Positions 49,193 to 58,841 of a stretch of DNA of 64,000 bases are shown piece by piece. Made by a program: the position numbers and the translations under genes. The stretch is from positions 264,547 through 328,546 of the forward strand of contig JBBDPM010000006.1 in assembly GCA_040876345.1 (NCBI GenBank), read 5' to 3'. The notes beneath the pieces were generated by a model that was given only the letters and a program-made list of their open reading frames with translations, searched no databases and had not been told where the DNA came from. The stretch comes from Candidatus Woykebacteria bacterium (lineage in GTDB: Bacteria > Patescibacteriota > Microgenomatia > Woykebacterales > RBG-16-39-9b). How positions within the stretch are numbered: position 1 is the first letter of the stretch; each line of letters opens with the position of its first letter.

Positions 49193-50548
49193 TTATATCT
49201 TTCTCTTCAACCTGCGAAGGAACACACCGGCTGGTGCTATACCACCAAGAAGTAGTAACAACGCTCCAGGACCAGTATTTGGAAGCTCTTTGATCTTACT
49301 AAGCACTTTACCAACTTGCTTGTTCCCAAATCGAACTTCAGAAAGCTCTTTGGCTTTAACTTCAACTTTAACGTTATTGTCGGTAGTGATTCTCCAACCA
49401 GCTGGGACTATTTCGGACACTCTGTAAGTTCCAGGCTCAAGGTCACGAATTATAACTACGCCATCACCTTCAGTGGTTACAGTTTTCTCAATTCCTTCAC
49501 CAGAGATTCTGAACTTGAATCCAGGTAGGCTGCGCTCACCATCGTTGAATGTTTTATCACCATTGCTATCTTCAAACTTGAAGATCTTTAAATGCCCACG
49601 CTCTGGCGCACCTTTCTTGACTTCTACTTTAATTTTGTTGTCACATTCAATCCAAACTGGAGTTTGATCAGATTTAATTCTAGCTGCGTTTCTGATTTCA
49701 GTTCCGTCTTTAACGTCACTTTTTACTTTAACTTTAAATTTCAAAAGACCTTTGTTAACTGTGTCTAAATCACCAACGTTAAGACCATCTTTGATCCAAG
49801 CGTCAGTTATATTAGTGTGGAAATTACCACGATCGTAAGTAGTACTACCTTTTATGTAAGTTACTTCAGAAGGAAGCACATCAAAAACTCTTACGTTATT
49901 AAGCACCATGTTACCGTTGTTGCAAAGCTCAATTGTGTAAGTAACAGTGTCTCCTGGAGAAACTGTAGATTTATCGGCTTTCTTAGCAGCACAAATACTT
50001 GGGTTTCTTAAGAACACCTTTGTCTGGGAATTCTTTTGAACTCTAGCTGTTTGATCGCTTGTAACCGAGACCGCACTCCAAATAATATTGTCATTATTGG
50101 CATTTTGAGCAACTCTGGTTTGATACTTAAGTATTACATTTGTACCTGAGAGTACCGTACCAAAGTTTACACCATCGCGAATCCATGCATCGGTTAGTGA
50201 ACGCGTAATTCCTGTAGAGGTTCTAGTGTAGGTAGTAGAACCATTTATGTAATCAGCTAAGTTCGGTTCGTTAATCCATAGGAAAACTGTAGTTAAGTCA
50301 GCTGTTCCCGTATTTTTTATTGTAAGAGTGTAATTAAGAAGGTCACCTCTGTCTGCAACCGCCTTATCAACCACATTGGTGAGCTCTATATTTGGCGCTG
50401 CGTGTACTGGTGTTGCTAATGCAAAAGTAATTGGCAATAGAGAACCAGAAAGTAGAGCAACGCTAGTTGCTCCTGCTAAAACTTTTTTAACTACTTTGTT
50501 TAATTTTTTCATAATTTTTCTTTTGGGCAGAAACCTTAAGAGGGGCAT
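49193..50548 (-). CDS. LPXTG cell-wall-anchored surface protein with DUF11-type repeats and a Cna-B/SpaA-type (prealbumin-like) domain
   Basis: Signal peptide. Two repeats of type LTIKNTGTADLTTV.../TIELCNNGNMVLNNV... Cna-B-like segment (GHLKIFKFEDSNGDKTFNDGERSLPGFKFRISGEG...LEPGTYRVSEIVPAGW). C-terminal sortase signal LPNTG plus hydrophobic segment plus RRLKRKI. Confidence 0.8.
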   Translation of the reverse strand: MPLLRFLPKRKIMKKLNKVVKKVLAGATSVALLSGSLLPITFALATPVHAAPNIELTNVVDKAVADRGDLLNYTLTIKNTGTADLTTVFLWINEPNLADYINGSTTYTRTSTGITRSLTDAWIRDGVNFGTVLSGTNVILKYQTRVAQNANNDNIIWSAVSVTSDQTARVQKNSQTKVFLRNPSICAAKKADKSTVSPGDTVTYTIELCNNGNMVLNNVRVFDVLPSEVTYIKGSTTYDRGNFHTNITDAWIKDGLNVGDLDTVNKGLLKFKVKVKSDVKDGTEIRNAARIKSDQTPVWIECDNKIKVEVKKGAPERGHLKIFKFEDSNGDKTFNDGERSLPGFKFRISGEGIEKTVTTEGDGVVIIRDLEPGTYRVSEIVPAGWRITTDNNVKVEVKAKELSEVRFGNKQVGKVLSKIKELPNTGPGALLLLLGGIAPAGVFLRRLKRKI

Positions 50549-50624
50549 GTGTCATCCTGAACTTGATTCAGGATCTCTGTTTAAGATTTGCGCACTATAA
50601 CATAAACTATGAGCCTTGTCAAGT

Positions 50625-50671
50625 CCCTCTTCGAAACTACTAACTTTTGCTACTAATTTCGAAGAGAGGGG
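50625..50671. other. Imperfect ~12-bp inverted repeat (CCCTCTTCGAAA ... TTTCGAAGAGAGGG) at the low-GC/high-GC boundary
   Basis: Read directly from the sequence. Lies between the LPXTG gene start and the 3' end of the high-GC operon. No clear poly-U tract on either strand. Confidence 0.4.
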
Positions 50672-50744
50672 CAGACGATTCTTGTCCGAAGACTAAGAAC
50701 CGTATTTGATCTCACTCCTTCCCCTCTCTCCTTCACCTATGACC

Positions 50745-51968
50745 TCAGGGCACCGACGTTGGGACCGGTGGCCTTGGCATCTGAGTCGCCGTCGGTGCAG
50801 GTGTATCGCTGGGTTCCGGCGTAAACGTCGGGGCCACTGACGTACCTCCACCTGGGTTGTCCTGGATAGGCGCAGGTGGGCAGCATGGTGGCGGTGATGT
50901 TGGGCGTGCATCTCCCGTTTGGGTCGGCGTTGGACCAGGCGGCCTTGGCGTATTCGTGGCCGTCGGCTTCGGTGTTGGTGACGGTGCCTCCTTACTCACC
51001 TGCTGGTTCTTGAACCGTGCAGGGATTGATTGGTCCGTCTCAACCCTGATGGTGACTTTGCCCGGCGTAACAGGCTCCCAACCAGTTTGATTGACCTCAC
51101 GAACTGTATACGTTCCAGGCTCGACATCGTCGAACCGGACCATACCCGATCCGTCGGTCACTCCTTCCAGGTGCTGAGGGCCATCCGCGATGATGCGGAA
51201 GCCCGGCACGGGAAGGTCACGGCCGAGAAGGTTATTACCATCGTCGGTCTTGACGACAGTAATCCTGCCCTTGCCAAGCGCAGGTGGCCTCTCCGGCGAT
51301 ATCTTGTTGCCGCACTCTTTGCGGAGATGCGTTTCAGCTCCGTCCTCAGTCAAGATCGTGAGGACTTTGTCGTCGGCGTTTTTGACATCTGTCTTCAAGC
51401 CGACCTGGTCACCACCGCTCACGAAAGTGTTGGCGATTATGACCTGTCCGTTCTCGACGTTGATGTCGAGGCGGTTGGCCAACTCGCCAATCGTCTCGTC
51501 CTTGAACTTGCTCACCCGGAGGATACCGTCGAGCATCGCGAACGCCTCTTTGCGCTTGTCCACGCATCGAAGCTCTTCGGGTGTTGGGATCTCATCGTAC
51601 ACTTGCGCTTCCGCAAGCACAAGCGGAACCCCTTCCACCTTGTGACGAGACTCCGCCAATAATTGGAGGAGCAGGGTGTGCAAAACGACAGGGTCGTGCT
51701 TAGCAGCAGCGCGGAGGTCGTCCACGCTCTTGAACCCGTCGTTCAGCACCCGGCCGCCATCGCCGTGGAGATCCTGAAGCTCCCATTCCCCTTCGCCCGT
51801 AGCGCAATCGAAGGTGGGGGTTGGCGTTCCATCCTTTGGCGTCGGTGTCGTTGTCGTTTGGGCGTCGGTGTCGCCCATGTTCATGCCCATGAAGATCAAG
51901 ACGACCAACAGAGCGACCATGGCAGTGACGACAGTAGCTACCGCTGTCCTCCATTGCCTTCGGTTCAT
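50745..51968 (-). CDS. High-GC (~62%) gene: membrane-anchored/secreted protein with a Cna-B-type domain and Pro/Thr-rich C-terminal region; compositionally foreign
   Basis: N-terminal TM AVATVVTAMVALLVVLIFMGM. Cna-B-like GFRIIADGPQHLEGVTDGSGMVRFDDVEPGTYTVREVNQTGWEPV. C-terminal PTPKPTATNTPRPPGPTPTQ tail. GC and codon usage (G/C-rich third positions) contrast sharply with the flanks. Confidence 0.65.
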   Translation of the reverse strand: MNRRQWRTAVATVVTAMVALLVVLIFMGMNMGDTDAQTTTTPTPKDGTPTPTFDCATGEGEWELQDLHGDGGRVLNDGFKSVDDLRAAAKHDPVVLHTLLLQLLAESRHKVEGVPLVLAEAQVYDEIPTPEELRCVDKRKEAFAMLDGILRVSKFKDETIGELANRLDINVENGQVIIANTFVSGGDQVGLKTDVKNADDKVLTILTEDGAETHLRKECGNKISPERPPALGKGRITVVKTDDGNNLLGRDLPVPGFRIIADGPQHLEGVTDGSGMVRFDDVEPGTYTVREVNQTGWEPVTPGKVTIRVETDQSIPARFKNQQVSKEAPSPTPKPTATNTPRPPGPTPTQTGDARPTSPPPCCPPAPIQDNPGGGTSVAPTFTPEPSDTPAPTATQMPRPPVPTSVP

Positions 51969-52366
51969 GACCCACCTCCTGTGGTCTGTTGCGGCGGCGG
52001 CTGAGGAGCCGGCGCAGTAACGTTGACGTTCACGTCAATGACCATGTGGTGCTGACCGCCTTGCTGTGCCGTTTGGGGCGGCGGCTGAGGAGCCGGCGCT
52101 GGCTGAGCCTTCCTCCCACCACCGTTCCGGTTGATCACATTCATGGCGTAGTTCGCCGCCACAGCGAAGGCTTTGAGATGATCCTGCGGTGCGGCTTTGC
52201 GCCGACTGGCATTGTCAGCCAAGTCGAGAATACCGACCGCAGTCTCCATCTCGTCGATGGGGTTCGGCTGCTCCTCACGCGGTCGCCACATGATCAGGAG
52301 CAACAGCAGGAAGAAGAACAGCCCCATCCCTGCTGCCGCCAAGACAAACCATCCAATGTTATCCAT
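51965..52366 (-). CDS. High-GC small membrane protein (133 aa) co-oriented and overlapping (ATGA) with the downstream Cna-B protein gene
   Basis: TM GWFVLAAAGMGLFFFLLLLLIMW, then a Pro/Gln/Ala-rich low-complexity tail. Same compositional island. Confidence 0.5.
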   Translation of the reverse strand: MDNIGWFVLAAAGMGLFFFLLLLLIMWRPREEQPNPIDEMETAVGILDLADNASRRKAAPQDHLKAFAVAANYAMNVINRNGGGRKAQPAPAPQPPPQTAQQGGQHHMVIDVNVNVTAPAPQPPPQQTTGGGS

Positions 52367-53495
52367 GGTTCACCTCCCATTGGGATGAAAAGACCACGTA
52401 TGTGGTCTGCTTGCCGATGTTGTGAAACGCCCTTTTGGGCGGAACTAAGTTTGTCACCACCTTGTGCCCAACGAACTAACCAGATCACTAAAATACTGAG
52501 ACAAGAAATCTAATAAATGTTTGCCATTTCTTTCTCAAAAAATTCAACTAATCTGATCAGATTGTTGGGCACAATCAATTATTTAGGCAAAATTTCAAGG
52601 TGCAAAAATTTGCCAGGGCAGCATAACACAGTTCTGCCCATTTGTCAAACTATGGGGCTTTCTTGAGGCTAAAAAATCGCTTACAATGGATATTTTGTAT
52701 AGAGGTCGGGTACTATCTTACTAAATGTACAACTAAGTTGTTCAAAACCAATAATGGCCGCTCCTCAGCGCCCAGTATGAGTGTTACCCCAAACCGGACG
52801 CCAGGGACCGACCATTACGAAATTACGAAGCTAAAATTTATAGTGTACAAGGTGCTACTTATTATATTGCTTTAGTCACCTTTTGTATAAACGCTGTTTC
52901 AGGCTTGACTTTTATTTTCAGGAGCCTTTTAATATATACAAAGAGTGCACCTGCTGTCCAGATGTACTTCCCGAAGCACTGCCATTGGTGTCTAAAGAAA
53001 TCCTTCCGACCATGGTGGTGCTTCGTTTTTTAACACCCTTTTTCGTTGTCAAAGTCCTTCCGAAAAAATTCTCAGATAATTGATTTCTCTGATTACCTGA
53101 CTAACCCTAATGTTAGTCGCTTTTCCAACTAATATATCATTCCAAAAAAATCTCATTAACTCTTCCCTCATCACTAATAACTAGCTTGATGATTCCTCCC
53201 CGACTTTACGTCGGGGGATCGCCACAATCCCTGCCCATTGTTCTTGTGGCTTGGGAAGCAATGCTTCCCTTTTAGAGGGCCTACCTCTAATAGCTAATTG
53301 ATAAGGAGCTTTAATTAAGATACTTTATCATCCTAATTAACACTCTAAGGTGTATTCTGCCACATTATTATTAGGTTGTCAAGTTTTGTAACCCCATAGA
53401 AAAAAATAGTCTAAATTTTTGTGTGCCCCATAGTTAAAATAGGTTCGATAAAAGGGTTTTTTAGCGATGTGAAAAACTTTTAAGGGTCGCGATTG

Positions 53496-54419
53496 TTAGA
53501 CAACTGGGGGTTCTAGTCGCTTAGCAAATATCATCCTGCCAGCGGCTGTCTGAAGGGCTCGAGAAACTACCACGTCTACTGTTTCTCCTATTAAATTTCC
53601 GGCATTTTCAACTACAATCATCGTCCCGTCTGGAAGATAGGCTACACCTTGATTTTTCTCTTTACCCTCTTGGACTAGCTTCACGCTTATATCTTCACCC
53701 GGAATGAGCGGGGTTTTAACAAAATTGGAGAGATCATTGACATTTAAAGTTTTAACTCCCGAGACAGAAGCCACTTTATTGAGATTAAAATCGGTGGTGA
53801 TTAGTTTCGCCCGCCAACCCTTTGCTAGCTTGAGAAGCTTCTCATCGATACCTTTTAGACCACTCTGGCCTGTTTCGTAAACCACTATTTTAATACTATT
53901 TATCTTCTTAAGTGCCTCTAATATTTCAAATCCCCGTCTACCCCTTGCCCGCTTTAGTTCATTACTAGAATCGGCAATATTTTGAAGCTCCAAAAGAATA
54001 AAATTTGGTACGATGATTGTGCCGAATAGGAAATGGCTTTCAGCTACACCCAAAATACGACCGTCAATTAAAGCGCTAGTGTCAACTACCATTGGGTTAA
54101 CCCACTTAGAAGTCTCTCTATTTCTGCCTCTTCTCACTGGATTTGAAATGCGAGGCATCTGAGGCATTTGCGGGATTCGAAGCTGCGAAATAACTTCTTT
54201 GGCTACTCTTTGGGCAAAGGCACCGCTCCAGTACCCAACCCAGCGGGTAACAAGCGGGAAAACGTAAATACCCGCACCCAAACCTAAAGCTACGCTAATT
54301 ACCCTTACGCCCAGACGCACTCCAGCCTCGGGTGGATTAAGAAAAAGAGTCGAGAGGTAAAAACCGGCTGCTCCAAAAGCAATTCCAATTGCAAGCCTAA
54401 TTAAGGCTCTGACATTCAT
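53496..54419 (-). CDS. PIN + TRAM domain membrane protein (YacL-like)
   Basis: N-terminal TM helices. PIN domain (MVVDTSALIDGRI...). C-terminal TRAM-like beta-barrel (GETVDVVVSRALQTAAGRMIFAKR). Sits next to radA as in Bacillus (radA-disA-yacL). Confidence 0.75.
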   Translation of the reverse strand: MNVRALIRLAIGIAFGAAGFYLSTLFLNPPEAGVRLGVRVISVALGLGAGIYVFPLVTRWVGYWSGAFAQRVAKEVISQLRIPQMPQMPRISNPVRRGRNRETSKWVNPMVVDTSALIDGRILGVAESHFLFGTIIVPNFILLELQNIADSSNELKRARGRRGFEILEALKKINSIKIVVYETGQSGLKGIDEKLLKLAKGWRAKLITTDFNLNKVASVSGVKTLNVNDLSNFVKTPLIPGEDISVKLVQEGKEKNQGVAYLPDGTMIVVENAGNLIGETVDVVVSRALQTAAGRMIFAKRLEPPVV

Positions 54420-54526
54420 TAAAGATAAGTCCCTTCCGCTTGCCCGGTGATAAATCCAACTTTGAAAGATAAGGCAAGTCGAGAATGCATTATAACATAT
54501 ATTTTAAATACCGAACAAAAATGGTT

Positions 54527-55837
54527 TTATTTCCCCAGTCCCAATCCTTCTCTCACCGCTTCTCTAAGGGTTCTTACGTTTTTCGGCGTAATAAATTTCT
54601 TAAAACCCAAGCGTTTTGCCTCATCTAGCCTTTTATTAATATAAGGAACTTCACGCACCTCTCCAAGAAGGCCAACCTCACCAACAACCACAGTGTCTTT
54701 TGGCACAACCTTATCGTAAGCGGATGATGCGATTGCAAGGCAAATTGCTAGGTCGGCGGCCGGCTCAGCTACTTTCAGGCCACCGGCAACATTTATAAAA
54801 ATATCTTGGTTTCCGACTGATAAGCCCGCCCTTTTGATTAAAGTAGCAGATAGTAGTGAGAGTCTATTTTGATCAATTCCACTTGCCCGACGAACCGGAA
54901 GACCAAAAGTAGTCGGGTTTGTAAGAGCCTGAATTTCGGTCAGCACGCTTCTTGACCCTTCAAGAATTGGAACGACAACTGATCCTGGAGCCGAGATTCT
55001 ACCTGATAAAAACTCTTTCGAGGGGTTTTTTACTTCCTCCATTCCTTTTTCGGTCATTTCAAAAACGCCAATTTCATCCACCGGCCCGAACCGATTTTTG
55101 GAAGCAGATAAAATCCTGAATAAATGGTGCTGTTCACCTTCCAGGAAAAGCACTGTATCAACTAGATGCTCAAGTACCTTTGGCCCGGCCACTGAGCCTT
55201 CTTTCGTAACATGACCGATCAAAAAGACTGCCACCCCTTTTTCCTTAGCAAGCCGGTGGAGACGATAGGCGGATTCGCGAACTTGAGAGACGGAGCCAGC
55301 TGCTGAATTTAAATCTTCAGTCACTAAAGTTTGGATTGAATCGGCGACTACGACTTTATAGCCGTCTTGGGAAATTGAGGCGATGGCCACATCAACATCT
55401 GTTTCCGGAACAATAAAAAGATCTTTTGAACGCTCTCCAAGACGGTCAAAACGAAGTTTTACTTGCTCAACCGATTCTTCGGCGGAAATGTATAAAGACT
55501 TGAAACGGGCGGCAAGCTGAAGAAGCAGCGTTGATTTACCAATTCCTGGGTCTCCGGAGAGTAAAATTACACTGCCCGGAACTATCCCTCCCCCAAGTAC
55601 CCTATCAAGCTCCAAAATCCCACTCTTAAGCCTCTGTAATGGCTTTCTTGAGGCTTCCGACAACCTCTGCGGGCTAGATACTTCTTTTTTGCCACCTGTA
55701 CTACGCGCCCTACTCCCCACCAACTCTATTGTTTCTACCAAGCTACCCCAAGCCTCACAATTCGGACATTTACCTAAGTACTGAGGAGACTGGTACCCAC
55801 ATTGTTGGCAAATGTATTTTGTTTCACTCTTACCCAT
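54527..55837 (-). CDS. radA: DNA repair protein RadA/Sms
   Basis: N-terminal C4 zinc finger CQQCGYQSPQYLGKCPNCEAWG. Walker A GDPGIGKSTLLLQ. KNRFG motif. C-terminal Lon-protease-like domain. Confidence 0.95.
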   Translation of the reverse strand: MGKSETKYICQQCGYQSPQYLGKCPNCEAWGSLVETIELVGSRARSTGGKKEVSSPQRLSEASRKPLQRLKSGILELDRVLGGGIVPGSVILLSGDPGIGKSTLLLQLAARFKSLYISAEESVEQVKLRFDRLGERSKDLFIVPETDVDVAIASISQDGYKVVVADSIQTLVTEDLNSAAGSVSQVRESAYRLHRLAKEKGVAVFLIGHVTKEGSVAGPKVLEHLVDTVLFLEGEQHHLFRILSASKNRFGPVDEIGVFEMTEKGMEEVKNPSKEFLSGRISAPGSVVVPILEGSRSVLTEIQALTNPTTFGLPVRRASGIDQNRLSLLSATLIKRAGLSVGNQDIFINVAGGLKVAEPAADLAICLAIASSAYDKVVPKDTVVVGEVGLLGEVREVPYINKRLDEAKRLGFKKFITPKNVRTLREAVREGLGLGK

Positions 55838-56082
55838 AGCTCGCGTATTCTAGCAGTTACAAGTAATAAGAGACAAGTTGTGAAAAATTCAAGATTATAA
55901 TTTAAATTTTTAAAAGAAAAACGACCCATTTCCGAGTCGTTCTTCCTCCTAAGAAAACCAACATTATCTGACTTCCTTAGGAATTGGAGGTTTTTATGTA
56001 ACCACTCATTATCTAAGTCAAGGGAAACCTCCACTGGTAACCTTGACTTACCTCTCCCATCGCAGGACAGGATTTTGGGGGT

Positions 56083-56568
56083 CTAAAAGTCGTAATCTAC
56101 GCTGCGGATTTCCAAGTCAGGCGGGTAGTGATAGCCTGTGTACTGGTACGACAATCGACCATCTGGCTCGACACAAACCAGCACATTAAGCAACTTGAAA
56201 GTCTTTTCGTCTTCGATCGAAATCCGACCTATACCTTCAGGGCTCTTCTCTGCTATTTCCCGAGCCCACGGAAGGTGCCTCGACAAGTACTCCTCAATTA
56301 AGAGAAGCGTTTCTTCACTCGCCGGTTCAATAGGCAAGGATTCCGAGTCGATTAGAGCATGACCAAGTTCTCTGAACCTTAACTCTCGGTCATACTCCAT
56401 CCTCCTTTCAGGATCGCTCAGAACTTTGTACGCCTCCTGGACTTTTTTGAAGTTCTCGGCATCTCCACCTAAATCTGGGTGAACTTTTTTGGCCTCCCTT
56501 CTATAGGCAGATCTTACCTGTGACGCGTCAGCGTCGCGAGGAATCCCTAACCTTTTATAATGGTCCAC
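56083..56568 (-). CDS. J-domain (DnaJ-like) protein
   Basis: J-domain with HPD (DHYKRLGIPRDADASQVRSAYRREAKKVHPDLGGD) followed by an unrelated C-terminal region. Confidence 0.8.
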   Translation of the reverse strand: MDHYKRLGIPRDADASQVRSAYRREAKKVHPDLGGDAENFKKVQEAYKVLSDPERRMEYDRELRFRELGHALIDSESLPIEPASEETLLLIEEYLSRHLPWAREIAEKSPEGIGRISIEDEKTFKLLNVLVCVEPDGRLSYQYTGYHYPPDLEIRSVDYDF

Positions 56569-56744
56569 TATCCTCTCCTTGTCCCGCGGCCCTTATGTCC
56601 ACTGCAGACTAGAAAAGTCTAACATAAAACCCAGATTATTTCAACTATAGGGTTAAAACTTTCGACCAGCAAAAACTGTTTGACAACCTTTAAAAAACCT
56701 GTCTATAATAACTAGCAAACGGCTGCCCACGATAAACCAAAATA

Positions 56745-57947
56745 ATGGCAAGGGCACAAAGACAGCAACCATCAAAATCTCCTGCGCAATCAACTCCCGC
56801 TAATCAACTCACCATAACGGTAATCAAAGCCGATTGTGGCTCTTTGGGTGGTCACACAAAACCTTCTTCCGGAATGCTGAGGCTCGTTAAAGATTACATC
56901 GCCATTAGACCGTGGATGATTGATTACAAAGTAACACATACTGGTGATGACATCGCCATTATCACTACCCATAAAGAGGGGGTGAGCTCCGCCACTGTTC
57001 ACAAAGATTGCCGCACTGCCTTTGAAATTGCGGCTGATAAGGCCGCGAAAGAAGGTCTTTATGGGGCTGGTCAAGACCTTTTCCCTACTTCCCCAAGCGG
57101 AAATGTCCGAGGCACAGGCCCAGGAGTAGCCGAAATTTCGTTTGAACTTTTGCCAAATCATAGACCAGCCGAGTCCATCGCTATTTTTGCGGCTGATAAA
57201 TGTGGCCCTGGAGCCTACAATCAGGCCCTTTACCAATCGTTTGCCGACCCTTCCCGAAGCTCTGGATTTTTGCTCAGTCCAGACGTTGGTAAAGGCTACA
57301 CCTTTGTAATCGAAGACATGGATCATAAGGTACGGGCTGGTGGCGCCCCAACCCACCGCCAAGTCCGTCTGAACGCGCCGGAAGAAAACACGGCAATTTT
57401 GGCGCTTCTTCGCAATATCGACCGCTATGGAATCGCCACGATCGTTAGTCGAGCATACCCTGCCGAAATAGCCGTCGCCGCCAGTACAGACCGGCTTCAC
57501 AATATTACCGGTACTTATCAGGGTAAAGACGACCCAGTAATGATCGTACGTAATCAAAGAATCTTCCCTGCTTTGGAAGAAGTTGTCGACCCCTTTAGAC
57601 TAACCCCGTTGATAACAGGTGACGCAAGGGGCAGCCACACAATGCCTTTGATGCCCGCCCCGATAAACACTCCGGTTGCCGGCTCTTACTGTTTACCATT
57701 AGTAAGCTGCCTTGCCTTTTCAGTTAATGCTGAAGGTAAGTTAAGTGAGATGGTGGATGTTTTTGGCAACTTCGCTTGGGATCGCTACCGCGCTCTTGCG
57801 CAAGAGAGAGCTGATTGGATGAGGCAGCAAGCACCATTTGGCGTTGCCATGGCCTCTCAAGAAGAAATAGCCTACACCGGCCTTCAAAAACTCCAAGAAG
57901 CGCTTGATAAACGCTTCGAAATTGTCCCCGAAGTCACCCAAAAGTAA
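56745..57947 (+). CDS. Bifunctional fructose-1,6-bisphosphate aldolase/phosphatase (archaeal-type, FBPase class V)
   Basis: N-terminal LTITVIKADCGSLGGH and GLYGAGQDLF match the conserved start and core of class V FBP aldolase/phosphatases. About 48-52% GC, above the genome background. Confidence 0.75.
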   Translation: MARAQRQQPSKSPAQSTPANQLTITVIKADCGSLGGHTKPSSGMLRLVKDYIAIRPWMIDYKVTHTGDDIAIITTHKEGVSSATVHKDCRTAFEIAADKAAKEGLYGAGQDLFPTSPSGNVRGTGPGVAEISFELLPNHRPAESIAIFAADKCGPGAYNQALYQSFADPSRSSGFLLSPDVGKGYTFVIEDMDHKVRAGGAPTHRQVRLNAPEENTAILALLRNIDRYGIATIVSRAYPAEIAVAASTDRLHNITGTYQGKDDPVMIVRNQRIFPALEEVVDPFRLTPLITGDARGSHTMPLMPAPINTPVAGSYCLPLVSCLAFSVNAEGKLSEMVDVFGNFAWDRYRALAQERADWMRQQAPFGVAMASQEEIAYTGLQKLQEALDKRFEIVPEVTQK

Positions 57948-58051
57948 TTTCTCTTTTTCTCAGTCTATTTTGACACGCGAAAAAACAGATGTATTATTGA
58001 TTTATAACGGTCGAAGGGATTCCCGATCACTTCGGGAGAAAGGAGTCTCAG

Positions 58052-58303
58052 ATGCGCGTACTACCGACAGTAGCGATTGACCTATCAACCGTCTCCGAGT
58101 GCGGGTCAGACCGAACGTTCCGGGGGACCTTGCTCGGCCACATTGACGGTCGACGGCGCGGCTCTCAGGTCGAAGGCACATTCAGCGGCCGAGAGCTGCT
58201 CCTAGAGGTACGCAGTTTGCGCAGGCGTAAACCAAGGCGAGGTATCATTGGTGTCTTCAACCCCGAAACCGGCTGCCTAGTCACCGTCGAACCTGAGAAC
58301 TGA
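58052..58303 (+). CDS. Small high-GC ORF (83 aa), member of a tandem paralogous trio
   Basis: Strong SD (AAAGGAG) 8 nt upstream. The C-terminal region (GIIGVFNPETGCLVTV) parallels the other two ORFs (VVAYYDAVTGVITQL; VVALYDDTRGAIESL). Confidence 0.45.
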   Translation: MRVLPTVAIDLSTVSECGSDRTFRGTLLGHIDGRRRGSQVEGTFSGRELLLEVRSLRRRKPRRGIIGVFNPETGCLVTVEPEN

Positions 58304-58361
58304 TAAGATCGTACCAACGCGGCGCACAAGAACCAATTCACAGAAGAAGGAAGGTGACAAC

Positions 58362-58634
58362 ATGATCCTAGTCGCAGCGAAGGTCACAAATGTAACCGTG
58401 AACTGGGACTTGGGCAAGGCCTTTGGCGATATCGTAGTCCTTCGAGGCGGCGTGTGTGTACGACGATGAGAACAGAACCTCGCAGTCTTCGACAGTTTCC
58501 GTAACGGCTGTAAAGCTGCCGAGGACATAAGTAGGGGTGAGCCTGTGGTAGCCTACTACGACGCGGTCACGGGCGTTATCACTCAGCTCCTCCCCGCGAA
58601 AAGCTGGACGGGAGAGCTCGAGGGGATCGACTGA
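58362..58634 (+). CDS. Small high-GC ORF, paralog of 58842-59114, interrupted by an in-frame TGA at 58467-58469
   Basis: SD GGAAGGTGA. MILVAAKVTNVTVNWDLGKAFGDIVVLRGGVCVRR-TGA-EQNLAVFDSFRNG...EPVVAYYDAVTGVITQL... aligns along its full length to the 90-aa paralog, where Gly stands at the TGA position. Confidence 0.4.
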
Positions 58635-58841
58635 CCCGGAGTCACCTACTCAACAGCTGGCGGGCGTAGTATGAAAAATCAGCAAGGAGAGGAAAGGGCG
58701 CCTTGGGATACTTGCGAAAGCTTTTACCCCGAGGCGCTTTGGCGTTTTTAGATACTTTTGACATATTTAAATTTCTTGATATACTACTCCCCTAGTTAAC
58801 GATAGGGCGCTATCAACCCACGGGATAAGGGAGGTGACAGA

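Noticed and set aside
50625-50671. Intrinsic terminator call for the inverted repeat at the island boundary
   Set aside because: The stem is imperfect and neither strand has a following U-tract. Reported only as an inverted repeat, not as a terminator.
51030-51662. 210-aa and 151-aa plus-strand ORFs inside the high-GC island
   Set aside because: Long antisense ORFs are expected in high-GC DNA (rare stop codons). The minus-strand genes have clear TM and Cna-B features and operon overlap.
56790-57557. 255-aa minus-strand ORF
   Set aside because: Antisense to the FBP aldolase/phosphatase gene, whose conserved motifs are unambiguous. GC-driven open frame.
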